Part shown: one piece after another, positions 25,940 to 35,715 of the stretch
Numbering within the stretch: position 1 is the first letter of the stretch
Layout of the letters: every line of letters begins with the position of its first letter
Virus record (IMG/VR): IMGVR_UViG_3300043822_000021
Location: 4,641-68,640 of that record
From: a virus
Lineage: Duplodnaviria; Caudoviricetes
DNA: 64,000 bases
Strand: one strand, 5' to 3'
The notes under the pieces: model-generated
The model's database searches: none
What the model saw: only the letters and a program-made list of their open reading frames with translations
What the model was told of the DNA's origin: nothing
Made by a program: the position numbers and the translations under genes

Positions 25940-26060
25940 ATCACCCCCATAATGTACGTTTTTTTAAAAGTTATTTTTGTCTAGGTGTAATTACCCTAGG
26001 AAGATAGTAGAGACGAAAGTTTACCGTGTATGTCGGTAAGGATTGACAATTTTGGGCATT

Positions 26061-26252
26061 TTATGAATTGACTTTCCTTGTATTTTTACGTTGTTTCCAT
26101 TTATCAAGTGGCATCCCGAATCTGTATTCGTATAAAGGGCATGATTTCACTGGACAGCGTTCTACTTCCTTGAATGTTCCGTCGCCACAATCTATACACT
26201 TATTGCGGATGACTTTCCACATGGTTTTCTTCGTCCACTTATCGTCAATCAC
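26061..26252 (-). CDS. Small Cys-rich phage protein
   Basis: IRNKCIDC...CPVKSCPLYEYRFG zinc-binding pattern. Confidence 0.7.
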   Translation of the reverse strand: MIDDKWTKKTMWKVIRNKCIDCGDGTFKEVERCPVKSCPLYEYRFGMPLDKWKQRKNTRKVNS

Positions 26253-26485
26253 TGGAACTCACCATACTTCCGCATCACTTCTTCCTTACTAGCAATAGCG
26301 TCTTCTGGTTCCTCGAACGCATTACCCATATATACTAACCCCAGATTTTCAGCGTTTTTCTCGAAACGCTTCATGACAATAATGCCATCTGGTGCTACGA
26401 AATAAAATGCGTTGCCTTCCTTCGGCATGAAATGGGCCGTAGTTTCCGTGTCTTCCTGAACCGGTTTAGTTTTAGCAGTTACCAT
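26249..26485 (-). CDS. Hypothetical protein
   Basis: 78-aa ORF with an AGGAGG RBS. Confidence 0.6.
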   Translation of the reverse strand: MVTAKTKPVQEDTETTAHFMPKEGNAFYFVAPDGIIVMKRFEKNAENLGLVYMGNAFEEPEDAIASKEEVMRKYGEFQ

Positions 26486-26496
26486 AATATAACCTC

Positions 26497-26943
26497 CTAA
26501 TGTCGTAAATATTCTTGAATATCGCCGAACTGCTCCGTGTAGCTCGGTATGAGACGATTAATCTTTTTACGGATTTGAGACATCCTCTTTCTCGTGGCAT
26601 TTTCTGATTTGCCAACTATCCTGCCTAACTGGCGATGAGTGATATTTTCCAATGTATAGGACTTGAACATAAACCAGTCTTCTTCTGATAATATGGATTT
26701 GATCCAGTTTATAAAATGTAATATCATCTCATCTTCTTCCCAGCCAATAATGATATCCTCCGGACTCTTCCCGTATTTCAGATACGCATACTTATTGGTC
26801 AGGGCTGTCTTTTTTCTATTCTCGTTTACGTCGTTTATGTATTCTTCTTTATTGGTTATTCTGGTTATATTATCGCAAATTGCTTCATCGTCGATTTCTC
26901 CCGCTTTGTATTTATCAATCAGTTCGTCAAGGTATCTTGCCAT
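26497..26943 (-). CDS. Sigma-factor region 4-like HTH transcription regulator
   Basis: C-terminal LSEEDW...ENITHRQLGRIVGKSENATRKRMSQIRKKI. Confidence 0.65.
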   Translation of the reverse strand: MARYLDELIDKYKAGEIDDEAICDNITRITNKEEYINDVNENRKKTALTNKYAYLKYGKSPEDIIIGWEEDEMILHFINWIKSILSEEDWFMFKSYTLENITHRQLGRIVGKSENATRKRMSQIRKKINRLIPSYTEQFGDIQEYLRH

Positions 26944-27122
26944 TTGGTATACCTCCTATCACAAGGCAAGCCCTTCGGGAGAACACGCCCATAAAATTTG
27001 TATTGGAGTAATATTCCGCATGGGAGTTCTTTGTGTGCCGGTTCTTTAATCTCCTTTTTCAGCTCTCCACCGAACGCCACTTCACGGGAAATGCTTTCAA
27101 GGTAATGGAGAATATCTTCCAT
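26919..27122 (-). CDS. Hypothetical protein
   Basis: 67-aa ORF with a GGGGGAG RBS. Confidence 0.5.
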   Translation of the reverse strand: MEDILHYLESISREVAFGGELKKEIKEPAHKELPCGILLQYKFYGRVLPKGLPCDRRYTKWQDTLTN

Positions 27123-27294
27123 CTCCCCCTCTATTACAGCAGAGTAGTATTCCCCGGTGTTCCCATGGTCTATGTAGAATGTGTACGTGCTAATTTAGAC
27201 CACCTCTTGTTTCTAAGTTCACCTGCATAATCCCAAAGTTTATTTAAACATTTCTTTAATGCTTCCAATATCTTTAACATTGTCATTACCTCCA

Positions 27295-28092
27295 TCAAAA
27301 TTGGTATCCATTTTTTATCAATTCTTCAAAATCACCGCTAAGGTGCGGCATCAATTTGCGGTTATGGACATCGTTTGTCATCTCACATATCCAGAACCCT
27401 GTCGGCGAGGGTCTTAGTCCCATGGACTTTGCGTAGTCTGGGTATTCCTGAAAGGATGGCTGGTATAAGTCCCAACACCGTTTTGCTACCGGCACTTTAG
27501 CGTATTTATTATGTTCTACAATGATTTTTGGCCTTGCCATTGGTTTATGCCTATGTTCGAACCAGTTTACATCTGCACTGAAATAATCGTATGCCCCTTC
27601 TGTCTGCTTTGCTTTGTGCATGATGTGATGTACGTAAAAGTTTTTTCCGCAATTAAAATAAACAATGCCTATACTGCCTTTGTATAATTGTCTATCTCCG
27701 AGGATGCTTGCTACCATGGCCTCGACGGTTATAAATGTTTCGTCGTACACTCTTTTTGGATGATTACCACTTATAATCCCGATTAACTGGCCGCTTTCAT
27801 ACAATGGCCTTATGTCATCTACCAAGGAAAAAATCTGATCCGAACCACTGGCCCATTCTTCTATTACCGAGCCTTTACTGTTTCTGGTTATCGTGTTCGT
27901 TGCATCTCCTCCGATTACCACTTTACAGCGAGGGCCAAGCTCCAAGAGGAACTGAACGGAACGTTGAAGCTCTTCCCTGTTGTTCAGCCCCTCGTGGATA
28001 TCAGAAAGGACAGCCAAGGCTCCTTTACCATCGTCCACTCTCACTTTCATGATATGTGGAACGTATGCCTTGCTTAACCCATCTAAACTCAA
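27295..28092 (-). CDS. Calcineurin-like metallophosphoesterase
   Basis: SDIHEG, GGDATN, SGNH and late H/HRH motifs. Confidence 0.8.
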   Translation of the reverse strand: MSLDGLSKAYVPHIMKVRVDDGKGALAVLSDIHEGLNNREELQRSVQFLLELGPRCKVVIGGDATNTITRNSKGSVIEEWASGSDQIFSLVDDIRPLYESGQLIGIISGNHPKRVYDETFITVEAMVASILGDRQLYKGSIGIVYFNCGKNFYVHHIMHKAKQTEGAYDYFSADVNWFEHRHKPMARPKIIVEHNKYAKVPVAKRCWDLYQPSFQEYPDYAKSMGLRPSPTGFWICEMTNDVHNRKLMPHLSGDFEELIKNGYQF

Positions 28093-28110
28093 CCTATCAG
28101 GTCACCCCCA

Positions 28111-31100
28111 TTATTTTGTCTTTGACTTGTTGTAGTACCTCAGACCAGCTTCTTTCTGTCGTGCGAGGGAGAAGTTTGTGATACGTTTCAGATACCCTAT
28201 GACCCTCGTGGCATAATCGACATCATCACTGCCACATTTAGGGCATTTGGGCAATGTGTTAACATCAATATGCCCACATTCATTACAGCATGTCATTAAG
28301 ACGTTGAATGTCCAGTAATTTGTACCAAGTTTCCCGGCCACTAGAATCAAGTTATAGAACTGGTCGGCAGTCAATAACTGTTCCAGATTCAAGTGGCACG
28401 CTGAGCCACCATCAAGATATTTAGTAGCCTGTTCTCCGTGTAACTGCATCTTATCAATTACGTTGTAAGAGTCATCTTCTACGGGGAACAGATACGAATT
28501 ATAACAGTCACGACCGGCTAATATACCATCTTTTTTATCCCAGTTGGCGTTCTTTACACCGAGATTTTCCGCCATTCTGTTACTTTTATGACCAATACTG
28601 ACTTTTAGCAAGCTCCTTAGCAAGCATTGCATCTTCATAAGTGTTGAATGTGCCAAGGTAAATTGTTTTGTAGTCTTTAGTTATCGTAGCTTGGAACTTC
28701 CCAGATGGAACTTTCCTTACACCGGTTCTGCACCCATGGATGTTTCTAGAATTAACACAATGAGGGACTATTCTTAAATTACTTTTTTTATTATTCAGAC
28801 CGTTGCCATCTATATGGTCAACGTCCATATCACCATTATAATCCATTATGTATCTATGAAGGTGTAATATTTTACCCCCGCTTAATGTGCATCTAGCGTA
28901 TTTTGTGTTCGCCCCAACGTACATGTGCCATTTATGTTGCTTGCATTTTTCTATGTCTTCTATATCTATGATTGCTTTACCGACAACCATTTGCTCTTTA
29001 TTTCTTAAAACAATTTCGGCATAGTCTTCGTATACTATGTACTCATTTGGGGAATAAATAGTTGATTCTAGGAACTTACCATAACGATAATATTGAGTTA
29101 CATGTTTAGGGCATAACTTCATGCCTTTAATTGTGCGAATTCTGCATTCCTTATCTGTTCTTTCACATACATCACAAATTTCCATGTAACCCTCCTACTA
29201 GTATTGGCGGAAGTGGTGCTTCCCAAAGGGTCTTTACCCTTGACCACTTCTCTACGGCTTCTTTTGTTATACCGTAGTTCAGACTATTGCATCTCCATCG
29301 GGATGGAGTTTCCTTATTTAGTCGTTCACGCTGTATTTAAACTTGCGCCTCGTTATCCACTTCTGGAACTTCGAGTCAATTAAAGGAAATTTACTATTAA
29401 TGGGTTATGTATTATCCCACTAAATCCCCACTCATTTTAGGGATCAACTCACAATTAAACTTAACGTTATATTTCTTTGCGTCTTTTACATTCTGCTCGT
29501 GTACAAGCTTCAGGAATTCCGTATAGAAGTCAATGTTTGCACCACCTGTTTCGTGTTCCGATGCTTCCAGTAATCCGTTTACTCCTACTGTACGATACTG
29601 TTTACTAATATCTATCAGTCCGGCATCATAAGGAGTTAAAAGACCGGCATCAATGAAATCATGGATAAGGGTGTCATGAGCATATAGGTACTTATGCATA
29701 CGTTCAATTACCGGCTGTAAATGTTCCTGCCATTTGTCACGGGGATACTGATGTACAAATCGGTTTGCGTTCAATGTTGTTACATGAATGGAACCTGTAC
29801 TAATCCCACCGGCCCCCAATGTGTAGCTGAACGTATTTTCCGTTACCTGATTTCTGAGTCGGCAACAACTTGACAACGAGTCTACTGTTTTCGACTCGTA
29901 TACGAAGAACGACAACCCCTTTTCTGCGTGTTTAGAGATACTACGGGCAAATTCTTCATCGGCAGGAGTGCCATCTTCATTCAGATGAACGCTACAGGTT
30001 AATACAGGATACGTGAGAAGTTCTTTTTCTCTTTCCCGCCGAAACCAGTCCATAAAGAACATCTGAAATTCTTTGAACGTGCCGTCATATTCTGGTTTTG
30101 TGCCGTCCGGGAATCTAAACCCTCCATATAGCCAATCGAAGTAGTCTCTATCTAACATGCTAGTGTTCCAAAACACACTCTGATTCGAGTCCCCTACGCT
30201 TTCACGTAGGCTCTGACTATCTCTTACTAGGATAACCTAGCACACCATTTCGAGGAACGTATCAATAGTCCCCCTACTCCCCCACAACAGGGGATAGTCG
30301 ATACACCTTCTAAACTGCAATGCCTGCGTAGCTTATACCAGCCTTAATATTGTAAATTGTATGGTATGTAACTCCGTAGAGTTTTGCTACTTCACTTACT
30401 GAGTAATTTTTTAGGAGAGTTTTTATTTCACGAACTTCTTTAAGAGAAAACCTTGCGTTACCTTTAACCATTTCTAGATTTTCTTGACCTTTCAAGTGTC
30501 GCCAGTTCTTTCCAGACCATATTTGTTGAAATCCAGACACGGTTAATTTATCTTTGTAGTCTTTATATACATCCCTACTTCTTTCACCAGATATTCTTCT
30601 ATTGACTATATCCTGTGCCTCTTCTTCCGTAAGGATGTTTGTATTAACATCTGTGCCACGAACACGGTAGTAGTTATCTCCCGGGGAAACATTATATCCA
30701 TTTTCCCCTACAAGACTATGCAGGTCTTTAATCATTTTAGTTTCTAGTTTATTTGATTCGTCGTCATCAAGACCTGATGCAATAATGTCAAATTTAAAAT
30801 TTTCAACTCCGTATTTTCTCATGGCCACATATAATGGCTTATTGTATTCTTTTTGAGCGACATATCTAGTTTTATGGTACTTTACACGTTCCGCATAATC
30901 TTTAGTCCTGCCAACGTATACCTTACCATTAACCATGTTGGTAACTTTATATACATACATAATTTCTCTCCCGTACAGTTTAGCTTGGCTCGGGATTAGC
31001 ATACCTTAATGGCTTCAGCTTTCCCCGATGGCCGTCTAATAATAAACGACCTCGCTGATAAACGATTAGATGTGTAGTGGCAATATTACTTACCACGTGC

Positions 31101-31691
31101 CGCCGCTGGCTGGTTCATCGGGTAAATTGTACCCTGCAATTCCTGCTCGATATCTTTTTTGTGAGTTTTAAGGTAGTCCGGGCCGTAGGTTTTCTTTGCA
31201 AAGTAGTCAAAGTATAACGGCCATTCTACCGTCGCAATAGCTCCACTAAAGAATGAAGCCACCTGATACACGAAATTTACAAACGAACCGGTAAAGCTAC
31301 GAAGGTTCTTTGGTGCAAGGGACGTACCTCCCAGAATCTTTGTACCATGTAAAAGGAATGGGAACATGGTTACACTGGCACAGTATGGTTTGAATGATGT
31401 TTCATCGTTTTCGTATATAAGATGGCTTTCGAGGTCTTCTATATATTGATCTGGAAGGTTTGGTTCTTCAGGGAACAGTTCTTTCAATTTTTCCCGGATG
31501 AGATACCGATTAATCTGAATATTGTCCATCTTGTGCATTTCTGTTTCCATAATAGCGATGTTTTTATTTGTCACATTACTGTTAGCGTCAACCAAACTAC
31601 CCTCTGCTGAATTTTCTGCGCCTGCATATCGTTTCATGAAGTTTACTTTGTCTTTAATCTGTTCTTCACTAAGACGTTCAAAAAGTGCCAT
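28111..31691 (-). CDS. nrdD: Anaerobic (class III) ribonucleotide reductase, spliced: join(31691..31092, 30185..29439, 28572..28111), 602 aa
   Basis: The exon joins restore QPAAARG|NQSVFWN and CELIP|AENLG. SSCCRL, CNECGH/CPKC and the glycyl-radical TRVIGYL motifs are present. Confidence 0.93.
28573..29438 (-). mobile_element. Group I intron 2 in nrdD
   Basis: P1 ATCCCT/GGGGAT with U.G at the splice site; P3 TTTCCTT/AAGGAAA; R-like GAACGACTA; S-like GCAATAGTC; terminal G before GCG GAA AAT. Confidence 0.88.
28586..29185 (-). CDS. Intron-encoded HNH-AP2 homing endonuclease
   Basis: LHRYIM...DVDHIDGNGLNNKKSNLR (HNH) plus GVRKV..GKFQATI...YLGTFNTYEDA (AP2); lies 3' of the intron core. Confidence 0.88.
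   Translation of the reverse strand: MEICDVCERTDKECRIRTIKGMKLCPKHVTQYYRYGKFLESTIYSPNEYIVYEDYAEIVLRNKEQMVVGKAIIDIEDIEKCKQHKWHMYVGANTKYARCTLSGGKILHLHRYIMDYNGDMDVDHIDGNGLNNKKSNLRIVPHCVNSRNIHGCRTGVRKVPSGKFQATITKDYKTIYLGTFNTYEDAMLAKELAKSQYWS
30186..31091 (-). mobile_element. Group I intron 1 in nrdD
   Basis: P1 GTGGT/GCCAC; ATCGGGGAA and GCTAATCCCGAGCCAAGC core; GACTATC/GATAGTC P7; CCTACG/CGTAGG P9; terminal G before AAT CAG AGT. Confidence 0.9.
30310..30960 (-). CDS. Intron-encoded GIY-YIG homing endonuclease
   Basis: YVYKVTNMVNGKVYVG..R...H, E, GYN motifs with C-terminal HTH units; start after a GGGAGAG RBS. Confidence 0.9.
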   Translation of the reverse strand: MYVYKVTNMVNGKVYVGRTKDYAERVKYHKTRYVAQKEYNKPLYVAMRKYGVENFKFDIIASGLDDDESNKLETKMIKDLHSLVGENGYNVSPGDNYYRVRGTDVNTNILTEEEAQDIVNRRISGERSRDVYKDYKDKLTVSGFQQIWSGKNWRHLKGQENLEMVKGNARFSLKEVREIKTLLKNYSVSEVAKLYGVTYHTIYNIKAGISYAGIAV

Positions 31692-31987
31692 TAATTATCC
31701 TCCTTAGACTTATCAACCCATTTTTTGACGAATTCCTCAATATCTTTCTTGTACGTAGTACCGGAAATATTGTCAATACATTCCCCTTCTATCGTACATA
31801 CTGATAAAATCGGGAACATGGTTTTGGGCATTTCTTTTAAGACCTTTTTAACCTGTTCGTCGGATATTGTCACCATAGAGAACCCAATATCCGGATATTT
31901 CTTTGATAACGTTAAGTTAAAGTACTTGCCTGCCTCATCACAATAATTACAGTGTTGTATAGCAGTCAATACAAATTGTACTTTCAT
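31691..31987 (-). CDS. Glutaredoxin/thioredoxin-like protein
   Basis: CNYC active site and MFP cis-Pro region; adjacent to nrdD. Confidence 0.75.
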   Translation of the reverse strand: MKVQFVLTAIQHCNYCDEAGKYFNLTLSKKYPDIGFSMVTISDEQVKKVLKEMPKTMFPILSVCTIEGECIDNISGTTYKKDIEEFVKKWVDKSKEDN

Positions 31988-31997
31988 CGAATCACTC

Positions 31998-32462
31998 CTA
32001 TCTGAATTTGTAGTTCTGTACTTCACAGAACACCTGATTTGTAAGTTCACTATCAAGCCCACCCAGAGCTTGATTATATTTGCCTACTTTAATCCATCTG
32101 CAATACTTAGCGGCCATAGTAAAATCATTGGCATTGAAGTCTCCAAGGTAGATACCAACGGGTAAATCATAATATATTGGCTTAACAACTTCTTCCAGAA
32201 ATTGGTGGAAATTAATACCATTCCTGTTGCCGCCCATGAACAGAACCGCCGTAATGAAATCTTTATGTGCATCGTAAATATCAAGAATCTCTTTAACAGT
32301 CGCATTTTTGCTTGCACCACTACCTTTCCACAACTCTGGACTATGACACCCCGGACATTCACATGTACAGTTACCTAACTCATAGAATAGAGTTGTTTCA
32401 TTCGGAATTTCAGTAAATGTTATTCCCATGTAAACCAAGGGGATAAGTAATTCATTAGTCAT
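31998..32462 (-). CDS. nrdG: Anaerobic RNR activase (radical SAM)
   Basis: EIPNE..., CTCECPGCHSPELW (CxxxCxxC), LFMGG and KVGKY...GGLDS..TNQ motifs. Confidence 0.9.
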   Translation of the reverse strand: MTNELLIPLVYMGITFTEIPNETTLFYELGNCTCECPGCHSPELWKGSGASKNATVKEILDIYDAHKDFITAVLFMGGNRNGINFHQFLEEVVKPIYYDLPVGIYLGDFNANDFTMAAKYCRWIKVGKYNQALGGLDSELTNQVFCEVQNYKFR

Positions 32463-32478
32463 TGTTACTCACACCTTT

Positions 32479-32676
32479 TCACGGCATCATGTAATACGAT
32501 TGTAAATATCTACCTATATATCTTGATAGGGAATAGTTTGACATCTTATAAGCACTGAATAAAGTAACATAACGTCCTTTGTGTGGTTTATCTAATCCGA
32601 ACATCCTCCACCATATTTCTCTACCAATGCTTTTACTTGCAAATACTTTTCTTTTATGAATCATCACTACTCGCAC
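32479..32676 (-). CDS. Hypothetical protein
   Basis: 65-aa ORF in operon order. Confidence 0.4.
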   Translation of the reverse strand: MRVVMIHKRKVFASKSIGREIWWRMFGLDKPHKGRYVTLFSAYKMSNYSLSRYIGRYLQSYYMMP

Positions 32677-33064
32677 CTTTACTTATTCTAATGGAGGCAT
32701 CAGCCACTTTATCAATAATTTTCCCTATTTGGTCTTGCGTAAAATCAGTGGCACCTTGAATATTTTGTCTGGTCAAAGTGTTGGCTATCAACATAGCGTA
32801 CATCGTTTGCTGGGTAGGTATAAATACTACGGCTACTATAGAAACAATAAAAGTTACAATGGAAATTTTTATACATTTTGGAGCTATTTTTAAAGCTTTA
32901 TTTTCGAGCCTATCTCTATAATGGATATCATAATTCATAACGTAAGTCACTGCTGACACAAGAATCACACACACAGACACAGCGGCTATTTTGGCGAATA
33001 AAACACCTAATGAACTGATAACCGATATCCAATAAATAAGCATCGGGTCTATAATGTAATCCAT
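32654..33064 (-). CDS. Membrane protein
   Basis: IIDPMLIYWI start, two or three hydrophobic spans and a FIPTQQTMYAM motif. Confidence 0.7.
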   Translation of the reverse strand: MDYIIDPMLIYWISVISSLGVLFAKIAAVSVCVILVSAVTYVMNYDIHYRDRLENKALKIAPKCIKISIVTFIVSIVAVVFIPTQQTMYAMLIANTLTRQNIQGATDFTQDQIGKIIDKVADASIRISKGASSDDS

Positions 33065-33081
33065 TATACTATTTTGCCTCC

Positions 33082-33327
33082 TTATAATGTTTTCGCATAC
33101 GCTATAAGTTCTTTGAACCGTTTTCTGATTTCGTCACGATGCTTCAATGCTTCATCGTCCGTTCGGAAACAATTACCAATAGCCATGTTTATGATATGGT
33201 CATAAAATGTACTATTGTAAGTCATGTAAAGTGGTTTACCGTTCGTTAACCATATTCCCCAATATTCTTGGCCTTCCTTTGGTTCAAATATAAGTTTATT
33301 ATTTTCTTCGCTTGTCATTGTTACCAC
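33082..33327 (-). CDS. Hypothetical protein
   Basis: PKEGQEYW...GNCFRTDDEA motif, related in pattern to 26249-26485. Confidence 0.6.
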   Translation of the reverse strand: MVTMTSEENNKLIFEPKEGQEYWGIWLTNGKPLYMTYNSTFYDHIINMAIGNCFRTDDEALKHRDEIRKRFKELIAYAKTL

Positions 33328-33342
33328 TCCAATCGCAATAGT

Positions 33343-33723
33343 TTATTCGTCGTATTCTTTCGTAATAGCATGAGCGATACGAGCATCAAGTACCCGAATA
33401 TATTCACTCATTAAGTTATATTGTTTATCCATTAAATACGCTTCTGTTTCATCAATGTTTTTACAATTTCTGAATCTATAAGAAGTAAGCTTATCCAATT
33501 TTTCAAACAGTTCACTGCGTTCGTCTCTCATTCGTTCAATATAATTTTTCCCGTGTGTTTTATCCTTAGTTGGCATATGTGGTTCTAAATGGAGTAGATA
33601 AGATTTATCTTTCATCTTCATACATGTTTCACGGATTGCACATTCCGTTTTGCAATCATGTTCTGTACAGTACCTAATTAATTTGTCAACGGATTCTTTG
33701 GCTTCAAAATTAGTAACCATCAT
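33343..33723 (-). CDS. Hypothetical protein (Cys-rich N-terminus, coiled-coil C-terminus)
   Basis: 126-aa ORF with an AGGAGG RBS. Confidence 0.65.
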   Translation of the reverse strand: MMVTNFEAKESVDKLIRYCTEHDCKTECAIRETCMKMKDKSYLLHLEPHMPTKDKTHGKNYIERMRDERSELFEKLDKLTSYRFRNCKNIDETEAYLMDKQYNLMSEYIRVLDARIAHAITKEYDE

Positions 33724-33805
33724 ATTGCCTCCTATTTAACAAAACCATTCTTTTATTAACTCCCATAAACTCCTATGCGCTTCCCAACTGATTTGTAATA
33801 CGTTT

Positions 33806-34057
33806 CTACTCATACTCCCGTTTCACGGCTTCGAAATCATTATCTTTGTATTCCACAAATTTATATTCCGCCGCCATTTCAAAACCGTTTTTGTTGCGGA
33901 ATTTTACGTAAACTGCACTGGGGCGTATCCCTTCGTATACCATTCCGGGCATAACATGCGCTTCGATTATTTCACCATGCACGGCTTCGCATTTATTGGC
34001 CGATTCGGCTGTATCGTACTCCGATCCGCATTTTTCACAAATGTATTTAGTCTTCAT
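33806..34057 (-). CDS. Small zinc-finger protein
   Basis: YICEKCGSEYDTAESANKCEAVH. Confidence 0.65.
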   Translation of the reverse strand: MKTKYICEKCGSEYDTAESANKCEAVHGEIIEAHVMPGMVYEGIRPSAVYVKFRNKNGFEMAAEYKFVEYKDNDFEAVKREYE

Positions 34058-34113
34058 TGTCTACCTCCCCCTTGCTTCTTCAGCTGTCGTTATCATTTGT
34101 TTTCTCCTTTATA

Positions 34114-34398
34114 CTACCATCTGATTTCATAACATAAACCTTGAATGTCTGTCCCACTAATATCATCACGGATTACACTAATCTCATATCCAATCTCAAG
34201 AAGTCTATCGACTAAATAATTTTCCATGCAACAACACGGGACTATAATATATTTCCTTCCGTATAGGAAATTTACCTCATTTATCTGCCCCAATATGCCG
34301 TTCAAGCCGATCATCCTGTTCCATTTATCAGTCTCTTCAGGATTAAATCTTTGTAACACGGTTTTTGGTATGTCTAGTGATAACATTGGGCTACGCAC
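34114..34398 (-). CDS. Hypothetical protein
   Basis: 94-aa ORF in operon order. Confidence 0.55.
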   Translation of the reverse strand: MRSPMLSLDIPKTVLQRFNPEETDKWNRMIGLNGILGQINEVNFLYGRKYIIVPCCCMENYLVDRLLEIGYEISVIRDDISGTDIQGLCYEIRW

Positions 34399-34639
34399 TC
34401 CTCGTCAAAACCTCTCTCAAATCTTGGTTTGTTAAACAACACCGGTGGTTAACGAATCCGGTTTCGTTGTCACACGAATATCTGGTTACTAATACTTCTG
34501 CATCGTCAGGAGCACTAGCCATGAAATTATCGGCAAGCTTAGCCGCTCTTTTTAGTTTGCTTGTAATTCCCATAATTAAAGGTGAACTTTTATAATAGAT
34601 AATTTCTACCACATAGTACGTTTTGGTCATCTGGTTCAC
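34391..34639 (-). CDS. Hypothetical protein
   Basis: 82-aa ORF coupled to its neighbours. Confidence 0.55.
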   Translation of the reverse strand: MNQMTKTYYVVEIIYYKSSPLIMGITSKLKRAAKLADNFMASAPDDAEVLVTRYSCDNETGFVNHRCCLTNQDLREVLTRSA

Positions 34640-34914
34640 TCCCTCGGATTTATCGTTTCACCTTGTAAAGCTTTTACCAACCACTGAGAATATCTAAGTA
34701 CTTTCTCTGCCTCCTTGATCGGTTCATCCTTCTTGCCGATACGGGAAATGTACTTGATAATGTTTCCCCGTAGGAAGCCGATAAATTCATCTTTACTCAT
34801 CGTCATCTGCATATATTCAATAGGCTGTACGTCCTGTGCAGAATAATGAGAATCAAACCATTCATTTTCTTTAGATTCCATTGGCTTTATCACCCACTTT
34901 AACCATTCACACAT
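34636..34914 (-). CDS. DUF3310 / SaV-like protein
   Basis: HY...QPIEY...GFLRGNIIKYISRIGKKD...E.EK...Y motif. Confidence 0.8.
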   Translation of the reverse strand: MCEWLKWVIKPMESKENEWFDSHYSAQDVQPIEYMQMTMSKDEFIGFLRGNIIKYISRIGKKDEPIKEAEKVLRYSQWLVKALQGETINPRE

Positions 34915-35529
34915 TTAGTCATCCCCGTCCTTTAAGCAAAGGTCTTTGAAAAGAGGAAAGTCTGTTACTAAACAGCTACAAAATTCACGCCATTCTGGAA
35001 GACGGTGGTCTTTACGCTGATAGTAGATTGTCTTCAACTGCCGGTAGTTCGTTGTTATAGCGGCAGTCAGCTTCATACCAGTAGGATTGGAATACACCAT
35101 TTTCAAGAAGTTTTCTTGGGATGGGTTGTTATTATACTCCTGAATCAGTTCATCCATGATATATACCATGCGCTTATCCACATATTTAATATACGCATCA
35201 TCAACGTTTACTTTCTGTAAAGCATGCATAGTAGAACAGGAACTAATAATGTCGAAGAAGTGATACCGTTCCGCCTCCGTCCAAGCTTTGATTGTAAAGT
35301 CAACCGTGAACTGAGCAATAATTCCCATTAAGTAGTTATCATGACCGCTTCCTATTGGGGTCGTACCCAGTCTTTTCATTCTACCCAAAGCCTTGTCAGA
35401 TTGTTCGTTTAATACACCTCGCTCCATATTGCTAAGCATATTGTCTACGCCAGTAGGATTCATCATAGGAAGCTTGGCATAGCTCATAGCTTCCTCAATG
35501 CCATATACCTTAATGTTACTTATCTTCAT
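34915..35529 (-). CDS. ThyX-like (flavin-dependent thymidylate synthase-related) protein
   Basis: GSGHDNYL, ERYH...SSCSTMH and TNYRQLKTIYYQRKDHRLPEWREFC resemble the ThyX architecture; next to dUTPase. Confidence 0.6.
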   Translation of the reverse strand: MKISNIKVYGIEEAMSYAKLPMMNPTGVDNMLSNMERGVLNEQSDKALGRMKRLGTTPIGSGHDNYLMGIIAQFTVDFTIKAWTEAERYHFFDIISSCSTMHALQKVNVDDAYIKYVDKRMVYIMDELIQEYNNNPSQENFLKMVYSNPTGMKLTAAITTNYRQLKTIYYQRKDHRLPEWREFCSCLVTDFPLFKDLCLKDGDD

Positions 35530-35707
35530 CTTCGTTCACCTCATACTTATCGCATTCACGATCTGGAACAACACAGAAGAAGGTTAAATCCATATTGAAT
35601 CCACGGCTCTCCGCTTCTTCTCGTGCAAACTTATATGTGTTTTTACATGTGTCATACTTTTTGCATTTTTCATTTCCGCACCACGAGCGGTCTTTATATT
35701 CAAACAT
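35516..35707 (-). CDS. Small Cys-rich hypothetical protein
   Basis: YKDRSWC...C.KYDTC pattern. Confidence 0.55.
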   Translation of the reverse strand: MFEYKDRSWCGNEKCKKYDTCKNTYKFAREEAESRGFNMDLTFFCVVPDRECDKYEVNEDEDK

Positions 35708-35715
35708 TTTATCCT

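Noticed and set aside
28573-28656. Track ORF 28111-28656 as an independent gene starting MAHSTL
   Set aside because: The portion upstream of 28572 is intron/endonuclease sequence; the rest is nrdD exon 3.
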